The translations under genes and the position numbers were made by a program. A stretch of 64,000 nt of DNA from Amoebophrya sp. A120 (Eukaryota > Protista > Dinoflagellata): the NCBI GenBank assembly GCA_905178155.1, contig CAJINV010000021.1:44106-108105 (forward strand), given 5' to 3'. Under the pieces are notes generated by a model, which was not told where the DNA came from, did not search any database, and was given only the letters and a program-made list of their open reading frames with translations. Below, in pieces: positions 12,654-24,868 of the stretch; position 1 is the first letter of the stretch, and each line of letters begins with the position of its first letter.

Positions 12654-13371
12654 AGCTTTGCAGAACGGAAAAATACAAAAGTCATTTTCACTTGATGGGA
12701 GCTCCTCGGGACGATTTCAAAAATTTCATACGCGCCTTCACAAGACGGACAGACCAAACGACTGCCTCATTGTTGTAGAGACGACTTGAAAGTCAAGATA
12801 TATTTCTGTACTTCAATACTACTAAAGCTAAACCGCATATTGCTGAGTTACACGTTTCCACACCATGAGGTGTGCTGGACAGCCGACAAGCTACTGCGCG
12901 ATACCATCCTAGCGCCAGAACGACGAGAAGGAGCAGATACATTTTCACAGGTTGAAAGAGAAGTAATAAGCAGGTTTGGTACTGCTCTCGCGTTGCAATG
13001 CAGATCCTGCTCTTTGTGGGGTCTTATTTTGAAAACCTGGTTGTATAAAGCACTTATGGATCATGTTCCATCAGCAAGAAAACTACACAGTGCTATCTGG
13101 TTGTTGTTGGCTTCGCGCGCGCTCGCGCTCGCCACATCATCTCACTCTAGATGGTGGCTCGGTCATCTTGTTGGTACAACTAAGTACTTATACCCTGCTC
13201 CGTACTAAGTACAACTGCGGATGCGGTACGAAAAAGTGTACTTGTCGTGGTGCGAGGTGACATGATTTAATAAAACGAAGAGCCAGCAGATTCTCCTACT
13301 TCGCTTGGCAACTTCATGCCCTGCTTGTCGATACTTCTATTCGGTTCTCAGCGCTACCGCTAGATGAAGAG

Positions 13372-16300
13372 ATGACCCTCCCGTGGTTCGCATCGCTTGC
13401 TTGCCATCACGTGTTCGTGTTGTGGATCGTTTTGGTGTCCGAACACAAGCTTTTGCATGTCGCTTGCGGCGACGCACGAAAAACTGCTGACAGAAGTAGG
13501 GCGGGACGTCGAGGTGGACTTCCAGGTGCCGTACAGGATGGAAAGAACTACAGGCATCAAAAATCATCGAAAGCTAGTAGCGCCCGGCGGAGCCAGGACG
13601 ACCAGCTCTATGTGCACTACCCGCAATTTGACTTCGCAGGAGACAAGTTTTACTCCGCGAGTGGAGTTGTACTCGAGCAGGAAGATGAACATGGAAGAAC
13701 CGCCACGGCGCGGTCAAAATCAGGCGAGACGTTGGACCTGCTGTCATCACAAGCTGGTCAACTACAGGTTTCGACAGCTAGAAGCCCTTGTAGTTCAACA
13801 TCTACCACCTGCTCCGACTGGCGTACTGGCCTCTTCGAGGCCTTTCGACCCACCGTGTCCTGGGCCGACTTTGTCGACATTCGAAGCACTACTACTTCAT
13901 CCTCATCCAGTGGACGAGGTGACACTGGAAATAAACGGACAAAGCAGCCGACGTCCTCTGCAGCGAAACAGGACGAGAGTGCAGCGGAGAGACCGGCCAG
14001 AAGAACACGAGCGACATCGACGGCTGCAGAGCTACTTGGTCAAGACCGCGTTGATCTGGTAACCAAATGCGTGCGCGCGCGCGCGCAGAGCGCGCGCCGG
14101 CCCACGAAGCCGGCGCGCGCGCTCTGCGCGCTTGCGATATTGCTTAGCAAACGCAGCGCGAAGGCAGTTGCCGTTACCATATAGGGCAACCGCCGGGAGG
14201 CGTGAAGGTCAGGGAAATGGCCAGAAATGAAGCGGGAGAAGGGAAAAAAAGCGGACCAGATGGGAAAATGGCCACGAGGTCAAAAATCTCGCAAAAACGT
14301 CAGAAATCAAGCGGGAGAAGGTGAAAAAAGAGCATTTTTGCGGTTTGGCTCACTTAGTATCTGAAAAAGAGACGGACTATTTTTTGCTCCGCCCGCTGGC
14401 CAGCTGCGTTGGAGAAGCAGGCCCGCGACCTGTCCGGAAGCCTTAGGCCGCTTCGTAACTGGAAAAAGTTGGAAAAAAATGGCAAAAATTTGCTTCATAA
14501 CGTGGGTGGAAGCAATCGGCGGATTTTGTCCAGATCACCCGGGCCACTTAGAAAATGGGAAAAGATGAGAAATTGCGCAAAAGCGCAATCCCTCCGCAGG
14601 CTTCAAAATTGCCAGGCAGATGCGGGCGGTAAAAATGTGCAGGTCGCTGGGGCCACTTAGAAACCAGAAAAAAGCGCGAAAATTAAAAGAAATCGAGAAC
14701 CCTCGGCAGGCTTAGAAACTGGCCACCAAGGGCGGCCCGGCGGGCGCGCGCTTGCGCCGTACCATCGCGATTGGGAAAAAAAAACCGCACTAGAAGCGGG
14801 CGGGGGTATGTCACAAAATCCCCATTTGCCCTGGGTTGTGAGCAGAAATTCGGCATCTTCCCCGGGTCTGAAATGGCCGATTTTGGTGGCCCGGAAGGGT
14901 TCGCGGGTTTTCGGCCTTCCACATACCTCCCGGGCCAGGGGGCCAGTTTGTCACGCAGGGGGCTAGAAAGGATGCCACGCTGCGAGCTAGCAGACCGGAT
15001 TTCGCATTCAATGCTTATCGCAGGAGCCTGCGGGCCGCCGCGGGCGACAGTAGTTGTCCGCGGCCCTTTAGGGCCGCGGGGAAGTGGTGGAGCCCGCGGC
15101 GGCCCGCAGGCTCCTGCGATAAGCTTTGAATGCGAATCCGGAAGCCTCCGATGACCCGGGATAGCAGTGGGATTCTAATTAAAAAGAAATGGTGGCGGCA
15201 GCCGCGCGGCGCAAGCGCGGCTGGTTAGGCTTTCGCGCTGGTTAGATTTTCGCGCACGCACTTGGTTACCAATATCGCCCTCCGGGCGCGACATTCATAC
15301 CAGAAGTCCCGCCGAGAGACACAAAGATGACTCCCCGGTGATCGTCTTTCACGACACCCTAGACGAGGAACTGCAGAACTTGAAAGTTGTGCGCTACAAA
15401 CATACGGTCGAGAGCGACCACTTTCATCTGGCGGTCCGCGAGCGCCTGGCCGCCTACGTGGCGAAAAAGTTTCTAGATCCCCTTCCGCCCGGCAGTCTGT
15501 TTGCGTTCCGCGTGGCGCATTTCGCGACGGTGGCCTTGGCCCACCGGGCTATCGAGTTGCTCTCCGCGGACCACACGCGGATAGAGTTCACCAACCCGGC
15601 GCGCAGCAACTTCGGCATCCACGCGGTGGCGTGTTGGCCGGGGCCGAGTGCTAAGTCAAAATCTTCGTCAACATCTTCGGGCGGTGGCTGCGTCCTCGAG
15701 AAGGCGGCGAGGAAACGGGACTTCGAAATTTACTTTCAGAATGGGACCACAGCAAGTAGACCCGCAGGCAAGAGATCCAGCACGGAGAATTACCACAAAA
15801 CTGCACTTCAGGAAAAATCAAATCCCACCGCAGCTCCCACGTCATCATCCTCTCATGAAAGGATCCCTAACCTTGACGACCTGCGCGCCGCGCGGGAAAA
15901 CCGAGCCAGCTGGGCTGCTGTGGCGTCGCGTTTCTTTCGGGTCGCGAACCGCACACAGATATCCTCAGCAAAAACGTACCCGACCCATAGTCAGGATAGG
16001 AAACTTTGCATAGTCATTTTAAATCCAGAAGTTGTAGTCGCGGGAGTCACGCATGACCACACAGTTGGAGTCGCATTCTCGTCGTGCATTGCTGCTTTTG
16101 ATTACTACAGCCGCGTGGTCAACACATCAGATCCACTTTCTTATACTCTGCCGTTGCAAAGCCAAAGTTCCAAAATAACGACTACAAATTGGCTAGTACT
16201 GTGGCAAGCCGCTCCGCATGATGGTAGCGACGTGTTCCGGGCATGCAAAAATGATTTGCGTGAGATGAATTGGAAGGTCTTAGGAGTAGTGGGTACTTAT

Positions 16301-17702
16301 GTTTTGACAAAGGATAAAAAACGGATAAGGTGGAATACAGAACGCACGAGTACCACTCGCTTTACGGGAAGTATCTACCGGAGATTATGTTTGCGAGCGG
16401 CGAGGTATCACACAGAAAAAAGCTGGCAGGTCATATTTGTAATGCAAGAATACATAGACAAGAAAACTTGTCATGGGTGGCCCCATAGCATGCTGCTTCG
16501 GATATACAGTACAGAGCTTTTTGTGTATTTATTTTTGCATATACAAATATGCCCTGCCAGCTTTTTTCTGTGTGATACGAGGAGGACTCGACGCGCAAAC
16601 GGCGTCCGCTGCTGGAAATCGGGTTTGGTTGCACGATGTGGTACGGACCGGGCGCGAGCGCAGACCTGTGGGTCAAACTGGGCTTCAAAAACGTCCATTT
16701 TCTGGAGCAGGATTTGAAGTGTGTCGAAAAGCATCAGAAGAAGATCGCGAGCACCGGTGGCTACTTCGTGCACATTGGGGACCAGGAGGACGTTCTCCGG
16801 TTGGAAGGTTTGAAGCAAGCGCTTCACTACGAGGCTGAGGTGATCATCGACGATGGGGGGCACCGGAACAACCAAATGCTGACGTCCTTCCACCACCTGT
16901 GGCCCATCGTGCGGAACAACGGGCTGTATTTTATCGAGGACTGGGCCGAGACGGCGTACTACCCCGGGTACTTGGACGCGCCGCCCCGTGTATTCTGAGT
17001 AAAAACATCCCCACACCAGAGTCAAGTTAGGAATCTAGCAAGACAAATCCACACGTTTTGGGAGCCACGCATGAGAAGTTGCAGTCCGTAGTGTAGTGCA
17101 TGTTAGCAAGGACGGCCGCATCACAAATTCTTCTGCTTAACCTGTTTACAGCATTACAAATTCCAAAACGCGATTGGAAATGCCTCTCATGGCGATGCGC
17201 ATTACAAATCTTCCTTTAATCGCAAATCTGCATGACAACCATGGGGTGGGGACGTTTTTACTCAGGATACCGGGTCACACGCCCCGGGAACGAAACCGCG
17301 GGCACCGCGCAGTTCGCGTTTGCGATGTTCCTGCGGATATCAAATGCAAAAGTGTCTGGGTCTGGAGCAAAGCGACTTGTCATGCTAAATCTGAATCATG
17401 TGGAAATCTGTGTTGCATGATTGCCAAAAGCTGTCTACTTTTGACCTGATCGAGAGGCAGTTTCTCATGCAGGATAGGCATGATAGAACTGTCACAGAAT
17501 CTGTCATGCTATGTCCTACATACCAGACCTCATGGCTCATGGAAACTCTGCGTGACAAGTCTGGCACTCTTCCAGACCCAGACACTTTTGCAGTTGATAG
17601 CGGAACCTGTTCTGCGAGACTTTGCAGACGCCGTGCTTCGGCGATTTCGCTTTCATGGAGGTGCAGTTTAACCATGTGGTGTTTCGGAAACGCAAGCTGT
17701 AG
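13372..17702 (+). CDS. Signal-anchored protein with C-terminal class I SAM-dependent O-methyltransferase (MycE-like) domain; 5 insertions
   Basis: After element removal: TQTDKVEYRTHEYHSLYGKYL...LLEIGFGCTMWYGPGASADLW...IGDQEDV...EVIIDDGGHRNNQMLTSFHHLWP...GLYFIED...VFRKRKL*. The link to exon 1 across the 14058..15270 element is less certain. Confidence 0.8.
14058..15270. mobile_element. 1.2-kb non-autonomous TIR element with internal ~147-bp hairpin
   Basis: TGGTAACCAAATGCGTGCGCG / CGCGCACGCACTTGGTTACCA (21 bp, 1 mismatch); no TSD; palindrome at 14995..15141. Confidence 0.8.
15960..16316. mobile_element. Introner, family B-related, degenerate
   Basis: TATCCTCAGCAAAAAC...GTTTTGACAAAGGATA; flanks ACAGA/AAAAA; removal gives Q-T-D-K. 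Confidence 0.75.
16406..16577. mobile_element. Introner family D (TIR TATCACACAGAAAAAAGCTGGCAGG)
   Basis: 25-bp perfect TIR; TSD CGAGG/CGAGG. Confidence 0.95.
16991..17269. mobile_element. Introner family B
   Basis: TATTCTGAGTAAAAACATCCCCAC...GTGGGGACGTTTTTACTCAGGATA; TSD CCGTG/CCGGG. Confidence 0.9.
17338..17599. mobile_element. Introner family A
   Basis: TIRs; TSD GCGGA/GCGGA; join F-L-R-N-L-F. Confidence 0.95.
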
Positions 17703-18750
17703 CGCTGGGTGGCCGTTTGATAGACCGAAGATGACGAGTAGGCTTTGATATAATTTTTCCGCGTCGGATTTTTTACTTATTTCCTTTTGCCGTAAAAGTC
17801 AAAGTAATCAAAGAAGAAGAACACCCGACTACTTGACCGGGCAGCGGTCCGCTTCATCTGTTATCAAACTCCTGCTCTCGCACTCGCATAAAGATTAAGA
17901 TTTATTTTCGGCTTTCATCTTCAGTTGGTTCTTGTGTAGTTGTTCTTCCGCGGTCTTGTGACACTTGATTTCATTAGAGCGCAAATCAATGTGATGCACA
18001 GGAATCATTATGTGGCGGACCTCCACGACCGTCCTGGAGGAAAATGTGGTGGTCTTCTCGTCGTAATATTAAAAAGGGAAACACAATAAACAAGAGACCA
18101 CGACGAGGAGGAACGCGGTTTCCGCTTCCGCTTTCGCTGCAGTCCCCCCTGCTTTCTGATTATTCGGTGGATCACCAGCTCCGTTCGGGGTCGCTTCGTA
18201 GTACAGAAAATGGTCCGCGGGTGGAGAGACTACTTTCGTAGCCAGTCTGTGGGCTTCTTCAATTCGCAAAAGTCGGCGCAGCTTCGACTTGCCTGGTGGA
18301 CAAGATCGTTCTGTGCACCACTGGACTGGTGACTCCAAGAAGCAAAAAGCTTTTTATTGATCATTTGCTACAACTCCGCTGCACCTTGCGCAAATCAATG
18401 GAAGTAAACTACAGCAGTTTATTTGTTTCTCGACCCGCATTCACTACCACCGTGGTGCAGGGCACAACACTGCAGACGATCTTCTCCTAAAACTCCCAGT
18501 ACCGTCGTTTTTTTTTGTTTTTGCCAGGAGGATCACATCTGTATTCAAAATTTCGTGTGGGTGTCCGCTTCTCGTTCATGTTTATTTTTAAAGCTATTCC
18601 TATTGTGGAAATAAAGGTTTTATTTCTATTTCGTAAATACTTACACTCAAGGCCCCATCGCCCGAAGGAAGTAGAAGACGAAGACAGAGACCCTGTCAGC
18701 GTCCTCACGATCTGCAAGAAAATATTGAGATATTTTTCTTTGTCTCCACT

Positions 18751-21700
18751 ATGTTGTTGAGACTCGTTTATTGTAAAAATTTCCTGCTAAACAACTTCTT
18801 TCTCGCTTGGTTCACTACATCTTTAAGTTTGAGTGGATTTTTCACTTCTACAGTGCGCGGAGATGAAGAAACTTTGCCGTCGTGGTCCTCACGACCTCCA
18901 GGTGAAGCAGAGGCAGAGCCAGAGGAAGATGAAATTGCAAGTGCTCCACCTCAGCAGTCAACCTGCTTGTTGCAGATGTACCGGCCGCGAAGAACTACAG
19001 GTGATGATAGACTCGAAATGGTCCAACGGCAGACGGCAGACAGCGAAGAGATTGCTCGTAGTTCCATCGATTACGGAAAAATTGGGGTCAAGGACGTCCT
19101 TGCGGAGCTGTGGCAGACGGAATGTAAGACGCGAGGAACATTACCATCGAGAACGGCAAGTGGCAGCACACGTGCGGAGGAAGATTCGCATGATTTTCTG
19201 CTCGGCGAACTACAAGGTGCTGGAGCAGTACGCGGTCGGGAAAAAAGTCGTGAAAAGACGTATAACCTGCTCAGCTGTTACAATCTCAAACGTTGCAATA
19301 GAATCTGGAATTTGTGTTGCATGATGAGCATGACAGACTCGCACAGCGTTCCACCTTTTGCAATACATAACTCGTCAGATAATTCTAGTGCGGATTGGGC
19401 CTCCAGAACTTGTCATGCGCAATCCTGTGGGAGTAGGCTAGGTCATGCACTCTTGTATCACAGATTGCCATATTCTATTGTAACGTTTGAGATTGTAACA
19501 GCTGAGCGCGTTATAAGACGAAGAACTTGTTCGACTGGCTTTGCAGCGCCGCGACGTCCGACATGCTGCGCAGGCACGTGGAAGAAAGTGGAAACAAGCC
19601 GGCTTTTTCTGCGAAACAACAGCTGTTTCCACGGTTTCTCCACCTGTCCGTGCTGATCAACTATCATTACGCTGAGGTGAAGAACAACTACTCCTACTTT
19701 TTCAACGCGCTTTTCGACTACTATCCTGTGCAAACGTAATTGTATCGTTGGCTTGCTACGTATTCATATTGTAGTCGTGCATAGATAAAGACAGGCGTGG
19801 TCATGGTCTGATGCTGATTTATGTGCCTGAATCTGCATGTAGAAATTAGAAAAGTTTCGTTTGTTTGTCTTACTCATACTGAAAAAAATTTCATATGCAC
19901 ATAGAGTGTTGCTGATGCAATTACTTTTTGCTGCAAAAGTGCATAGTTGCCATCCAAGAACAACCCCCCAATCGCCGCTCTACTCTTACGGCCGCTTCCT
20001 GGCGTTCGTCCGCTATTTAGGTGGGGGGAACCGGTGCAATAACTTGCTGTATCTGGACACAGACGCGGTAGTTTTGAAGCCGTGGCTTATGCATTGCAAA
20101 CATGTAGTGGTCTGGCTTTGGGTCGGGAAAGGAAGTCGCTCCTTGATCTTACTCATCTATTTTGCGAACACATGATGACACCTATTCGTCTTGCGCTCTT
20201 CTACGCAGTCGAAGGCGTTTAAAAAACTTTGTTAGCTATGCTTGTTTGGTGCCCTACTACTTTTATTCGGTGTCTCTCCAAAGCTTTCGAGTGTCTCTCT
20301 GACCCAGCACAACGGAGCATCACAAGCTTCGAGACCCAAACCAGCGCTCATTTGCCATTGATAGGGCTCTCGGTCGAACAGCTGGCGGCGGTCATAACGG
20401 GGAACGATGCGGGAGCCCCGACAACGAACGCTAGAAGCAATGACGCGTGGCAGATCGCCTACACGCCCGAATCAAACGACCAATCGCGGGCCAAGCACGA
20501 CCGCACGCTGCCTCAGGCCGGTGTTTTGTTACTCAGGCAGCGGAACTCGCGCGAGCAGGAGTGGATCGTGGATTTTTTTTCTCGTCTCTTCCTGGCCGAG
20601 GGAGACCTCTGCAGTGTAGGAATGGAAGACAAGAAACGCAGCACTTCTACTTCTGCGGCGCCGACGAGAGCTAGTTTAACACCAACAGCTCCAGAGGACC
20701 ACCACGACGTGGACGTGGAAGATAAACGAGAAGGCGCACTAAAAACAGGAATCATGAAGATCGCGCGTGAGGTCGTAGTTTTGCCTAGCGGTGTTGAAGC
20801 CGCACAAATGGAAATAACGGGCAAAGAATTATCTGCATCAAGATCAACCTCAATATCAGCACCGTCAACATCTACTTCACCATCTTCTTCTCTGCAGCAC
20901 AGCAACGACCCCTTCGGTAGTCGCGTGCACGACCAGGCTTGTTTGCACCATGCGATTACTTCCAAATTCCTCAACAGCAACGAGAAGGCGGTGATGATCA
21001 ATCCGAGTAACTGGTTCCAGCACACCAGCGCGCGCACGGGAATGATCACAACGCTGGAGGACGAGAACAGCGTCTGCCTCTATCGGTCCCCGTTCGTCCT
21101 CCATTTGAGCGGGAGGCAAGGCGCGTACCGCGAGCGCGTGTTTGAAACCTACGCGAAGTTTCCCGGGGAGATACTTGGAGCGTTCGCTGCTGAGCATTGT
21201 AGCAACAATGGACGAGGATTTTTTCGTCGCGACAGCGGCAAACGCGAGGAAATAAAGCCGCCAGAGGTGGTCGTGGAGGAGGAGGTCGTAATATTGCACA
21301 GCACTTCCTCTCCTGAGAAATTATCCAATGTTCTTGACTTCAAAAGCACGAGCATGATGCCAGCAGCCGGATCTTCGCGCCTTTATTCCGCGGCAGAGAC
21401 TTTGATCGATGACGTACTCATCCCCGCGCACGGTTTCACCTTTCTCCCCGGAAGATCACGAACCAGCGGAGCAACCGCGGCCGCGCTGCACATAAGTGCC
21501 GCATTGGACGAGAAGACACTGGCTCCTCCGGTTCGGCATAAAAGATATGCCACTAAAAAGCCGCCGGAAGAGCAAGAGATAAAGCAGTACGGAACAAAAA
21601 TAAATGAAAAGACCAGCTCTAGTACTGTCGCCGATCGCATTTTGCTTAGCCAGCAGCTGCTGAGCGCGAAGGAAATAGAAAAACCTCCCGCGAGAATTAT

Positions 21701-24303
21701 GCACCTCGCGACGGACCGGCTGACGTCGCGGCTGCCACTGCACGCCTTGCCTTGGTACGATGCCCCTTTGGCGATCATTGTGCCCCAGACCTACTTCCAT
21801 GCCGGCAATAATCTCACTTCAGAGCAGAAGCTCCTTCCGCTGCATTTGGTCCAGACGGTGCAAATGCTGGACGCGGCGGCGAGTCTGCGATTATTCTTCT
21901 TGCGCAACACGGCAGTGCTGGTACAACAAGAAACGGCTTCTGATACGACACAACTTCCAAGTACCATCTCAGATGAGAATACTAGCGACGACCCTGACGG
22001 GATCAAGAACATTACTGGCCGGGGGTACGACTGGCCGTTTTCTCGCCCGGTGGTGCGGTATGTGGACGATCACAAAGCGTTGCAGCTGGTCGAGTTCAAC
22101 GACTTGAGCTGTGATCCTCTGCACCGAGGTTTGTTCGGCCGTGCGGAGATCTCCGACGAGTATGAAAGTGCAGGAAAATAAAACTTGAGTCCTCATCTCC
22201 CCGTTAAAGAACCTCATTTGAAGTAGTAGTGCTAGTGCCACAAAACAGCAACGGAAAATAAAATAGGGGAGCTGCATGCACGACCCCTTGCTTTTTGGAT
22301 AACATTCGCAAGAACCAACATGATACCACGCTCAAACAGATCCAAGTAAGTAGCAGAGGAACAACAATTGCTATGTGTGCATGACAATGACAAATAATGA
22401 GGGCGGAGTTGTGGAGTTGAAGTTGTGCACTCCTCGTCGCATATCGACCTGCAATCCTTCATGCGGGGACCGATGATGCGTGCGGGGTTTCGGGTCGGCC
22501 TGGACACCCTGCCGCACTTCTTTTTCGAGCACACAGAAAATGGAAATAACCACAGTCAAGAACTACATCAAAAAGAAAAACACTTTTCTCCCGATAGTCA
22601 CGACATGGGCCCGAAGAGTAAAAATCCTGCCGCGAGCTCAACATCACCTACGTGGAACAAGATGTTTTATCACCACAACCGGACTTCCAAACTGCGGCAC
22701 AAGCACGTGGCGGAGCACCACCGGCACCACGTCATGATATCCCTAGTAAATGCGCCGCCCAAGGAGAGGATCCAACAGGAAAAGCTGTTTGAGTTTCCGT
22801 TTCCCTTTGAATTGGGGTTTAACAGCAACCAGGCGCTGTCCAACGGACTGCTGTCGACGGCCGGTATGCGAACCTTTTTGGTGTTTCTGCCTGCGCGGAA
22901 GGTGGGAAGAAGGAAATTTTTGGGAGGAGAAGTACTATGGGGCAGCTCATCGGGGGGACGAACAACTTCTACAGCGACCAGCAGGAAGGAAAACGAAAAT
23001 GAAGATTTTCAGGAACAATATACAGTGGATGCCGCCATCGTAGATTCAGCTCTACTGCACATCCTATGCAAAAAAAAACGTGTTTTCTGTACAGTTACAC
23101 ACTAGGCGGCGACGAGGCGTGTTGCAGCAGGCCGCGCAAGACTCATGCCGGGTCTGCTAAGAAGCCTCGTTTCTTTATTCGTGTTTTCCTTTATAATCTT
23201 GGCATTGCACTGGCACTCTTGATCATGCCGAACCAAACGGGGTAGTTGTGCATGTGTCACAGCTGCAAATGTGATGTGACTGTAGCGCTTTACTTTTCTG
23301 TTGGGATACCTCAAAGAGCTGGCTCAGTATGGATATCGCGCCGCCGATACTGGGCGGAAAAATCCCACCTTTCCATATTGAAAACGCATCCGTCTGAGAA
23401 TTTGTGATGCAGATTTGTGACTACAAATCCTGTGTGTCTTGCAAGAAGGCAAGCCCAGAGAGTCCGCCCCATTATGCAGGCGGTTTGTGATGCTGCTCGG
23501 CTTACAGCATAGACATTTACCATCCTAGGCACCTAAGTCAATTCCTCCCAACTCAGGCGTGGCATATGCCTGCAGTCCTCTACTGCAAGACAAATCCGAT
23601 CTGTGTACGGAAATCCAGCATCAGAAACTTCGTTTGGATATGGGGAGGGGGCATTTTTCCTTCTGATACGCGAGGTCGATGGCGCGCGCTTCGCAAGCGA
23701 CGCGTTGCCGGAGCCACTGGGCTATCCTGTGCAAAAGTATCGTACTCGTAGTAATCGCAATCATGCATTACAAATCTCCTTCCTAACCTAAATCCGCATT
23801 ACAAATTCCATTTTTCATGCTGAGGGAATTTGTCATGCGATTTATACTAGTACGATGCTTTTGCATTTCATATGGGCCGGCTTTTTGTGGTGGTGCAGCT
23901 CGAGAACGAGAAGGAGGTGAGCGAAGGCACCAGCACTGACGGACCGGGAACGTCGAGAGAAACAGGAGGCGGCACTGTGGAACGGGAAGCTGCTGTGCCT
24001 GAAGTGTGGAGCATTTTTGATGTTGAAGAGGCGACCACTTCCGGTAGTACGGAGGAAACACAAGTCCATACAGAGAAGAACGATCGGCTCCTTCCAGTTC
24101 CCCTCTCGGAGCATATCAGAGCTGCCATGTTCGATTGTGAGGCCGGAGAAAAGGCGGCGCAACGGCTTGGATCCTCACCAGTGAAGACGGGAGCGGGTGT
24201 AGTACACAGAAATACGCTCGTGTACCAGTGCTTTATGTTTCCGGAGTCACTCATTCCGGATTACGTACAGCCGACCCGAGATAGGTTTCTCTCGGAGGCG
24301 TGA
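18751..24303 (+). CDS. Signal-anchored glycosyltransferase, GT34/GMA12-MNN10-like; 7 insertions
   Basis: LLYLDTDAVVLKP (DxD), AGVLLLR, DQACL, PFVLHLSG. Six of the seven joins are in frame when element plus 5 nt is removed; the boundary at 23060 is uncertain. Confidence 0.65.
19261..19515. mobile_element. Introner family F
   Basis: ~42-bp TIR TATAAC..GCTCAGCTGTTACAATCTCAAACGTT.CAATAG; TSD AGACG/AGACG. Confidence 0.95.
19722..19945. mobile_element. Introner family C, degenerate
   Basis: TATCCTGTGCAAACGTAATTG...CAATTACTTTTTGC...GCATA; join D-Y-H-P-R. Confidence 0.65.
20088..20270. mobile_element. Degenerate introner
   Basis: Starts TATGCATTGCAAA; TSD TGGCT/TGTCT; join P-W-L-S-K-A-F. Confidence 0.55.
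22161..22443. mobile_element. Degenerate introner
   Basis: TATG...CATA ends; TSD ACGAG/TCGAC; joins ORF 20229 to ORF 22425 in frame (S-D-D-L-Q-S-F). Confidence 0.55.
23060..23308. mobile_element. Degenerate introner, boundaries approximate
   Basis: CATCCTATGCAAAA...TTTTCTGTTGGGATA; the frame fits only if the element is removed without the extra 5 nt. Confidence 0.5.
23348..23668. mobile_element. Introner family E (GGAAAAATCCCCCTCCCCATAT)
   Basis: TIRs; TSD GCCGA/CGCGA; join A-A-E-V-D-G. Confidence 0.85.
23723..23872. mobile_element. Introner family C (TIR TATCCTGTGCAAAAGTATCGTAC)
   Basis: TSD TGGGC/TGGGC; join E-P-L-G-R-L-F. Confidence 0.9.
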
Positions 24304-24868
24304 GGGATTTTTGCAGGAAGCGGCTCCGCTTCTGCGTGGAAAACGGGTGGTGGCGGGATGATCTATCTTCGTGCCGAGTTGTTCTACTTGTGTTTAGACA
24401 GAAAAGCAACACATACTTGTTTTACTGTGTGTGCCTTGTCTATTCAGCAGCATGATATGGTACGGTGTCTTTATCGCGTGGATTTTTTTTTTCGAATAGA
24501 TACTCATGGCCTGCGCATGAAAAACGAGTTCGGCAGAAGGATCAGAGTTACGCACTTCGGCGGAGTGTGGACCTTTTTTTAGGATCTTGCTTCTGATTTT
24601 TGCCTCATGCCGTTTGAAACGGCTTTATCGTGACAAGTTTTTTAATGGATGCGAATCAATGCGGGAGCGGGACCAAAAATTCTCAAAAGCGTAACCGTCT
24701 TGTAGCACATGTAAGTACTTCCGAAAATCAGAACTCACGAGAGAGTACAGCTCATAAGGTCGATATTTTTTTGGGTTCCTCCTTCATCGCTCGCATTCTA
24801 CAAAAGCAAGTGGTCCCTCGTCGAGAACAAAGTCATGCGCTCAGTTTTCACTACACAATCTCAATCCT

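Noticed and set aside
15960-16717. C-terminal half of the 459-aa ORF 15338..16717
   Set aside because: It is read-through across two introners; the methyltransferase motifs lie in another frame.
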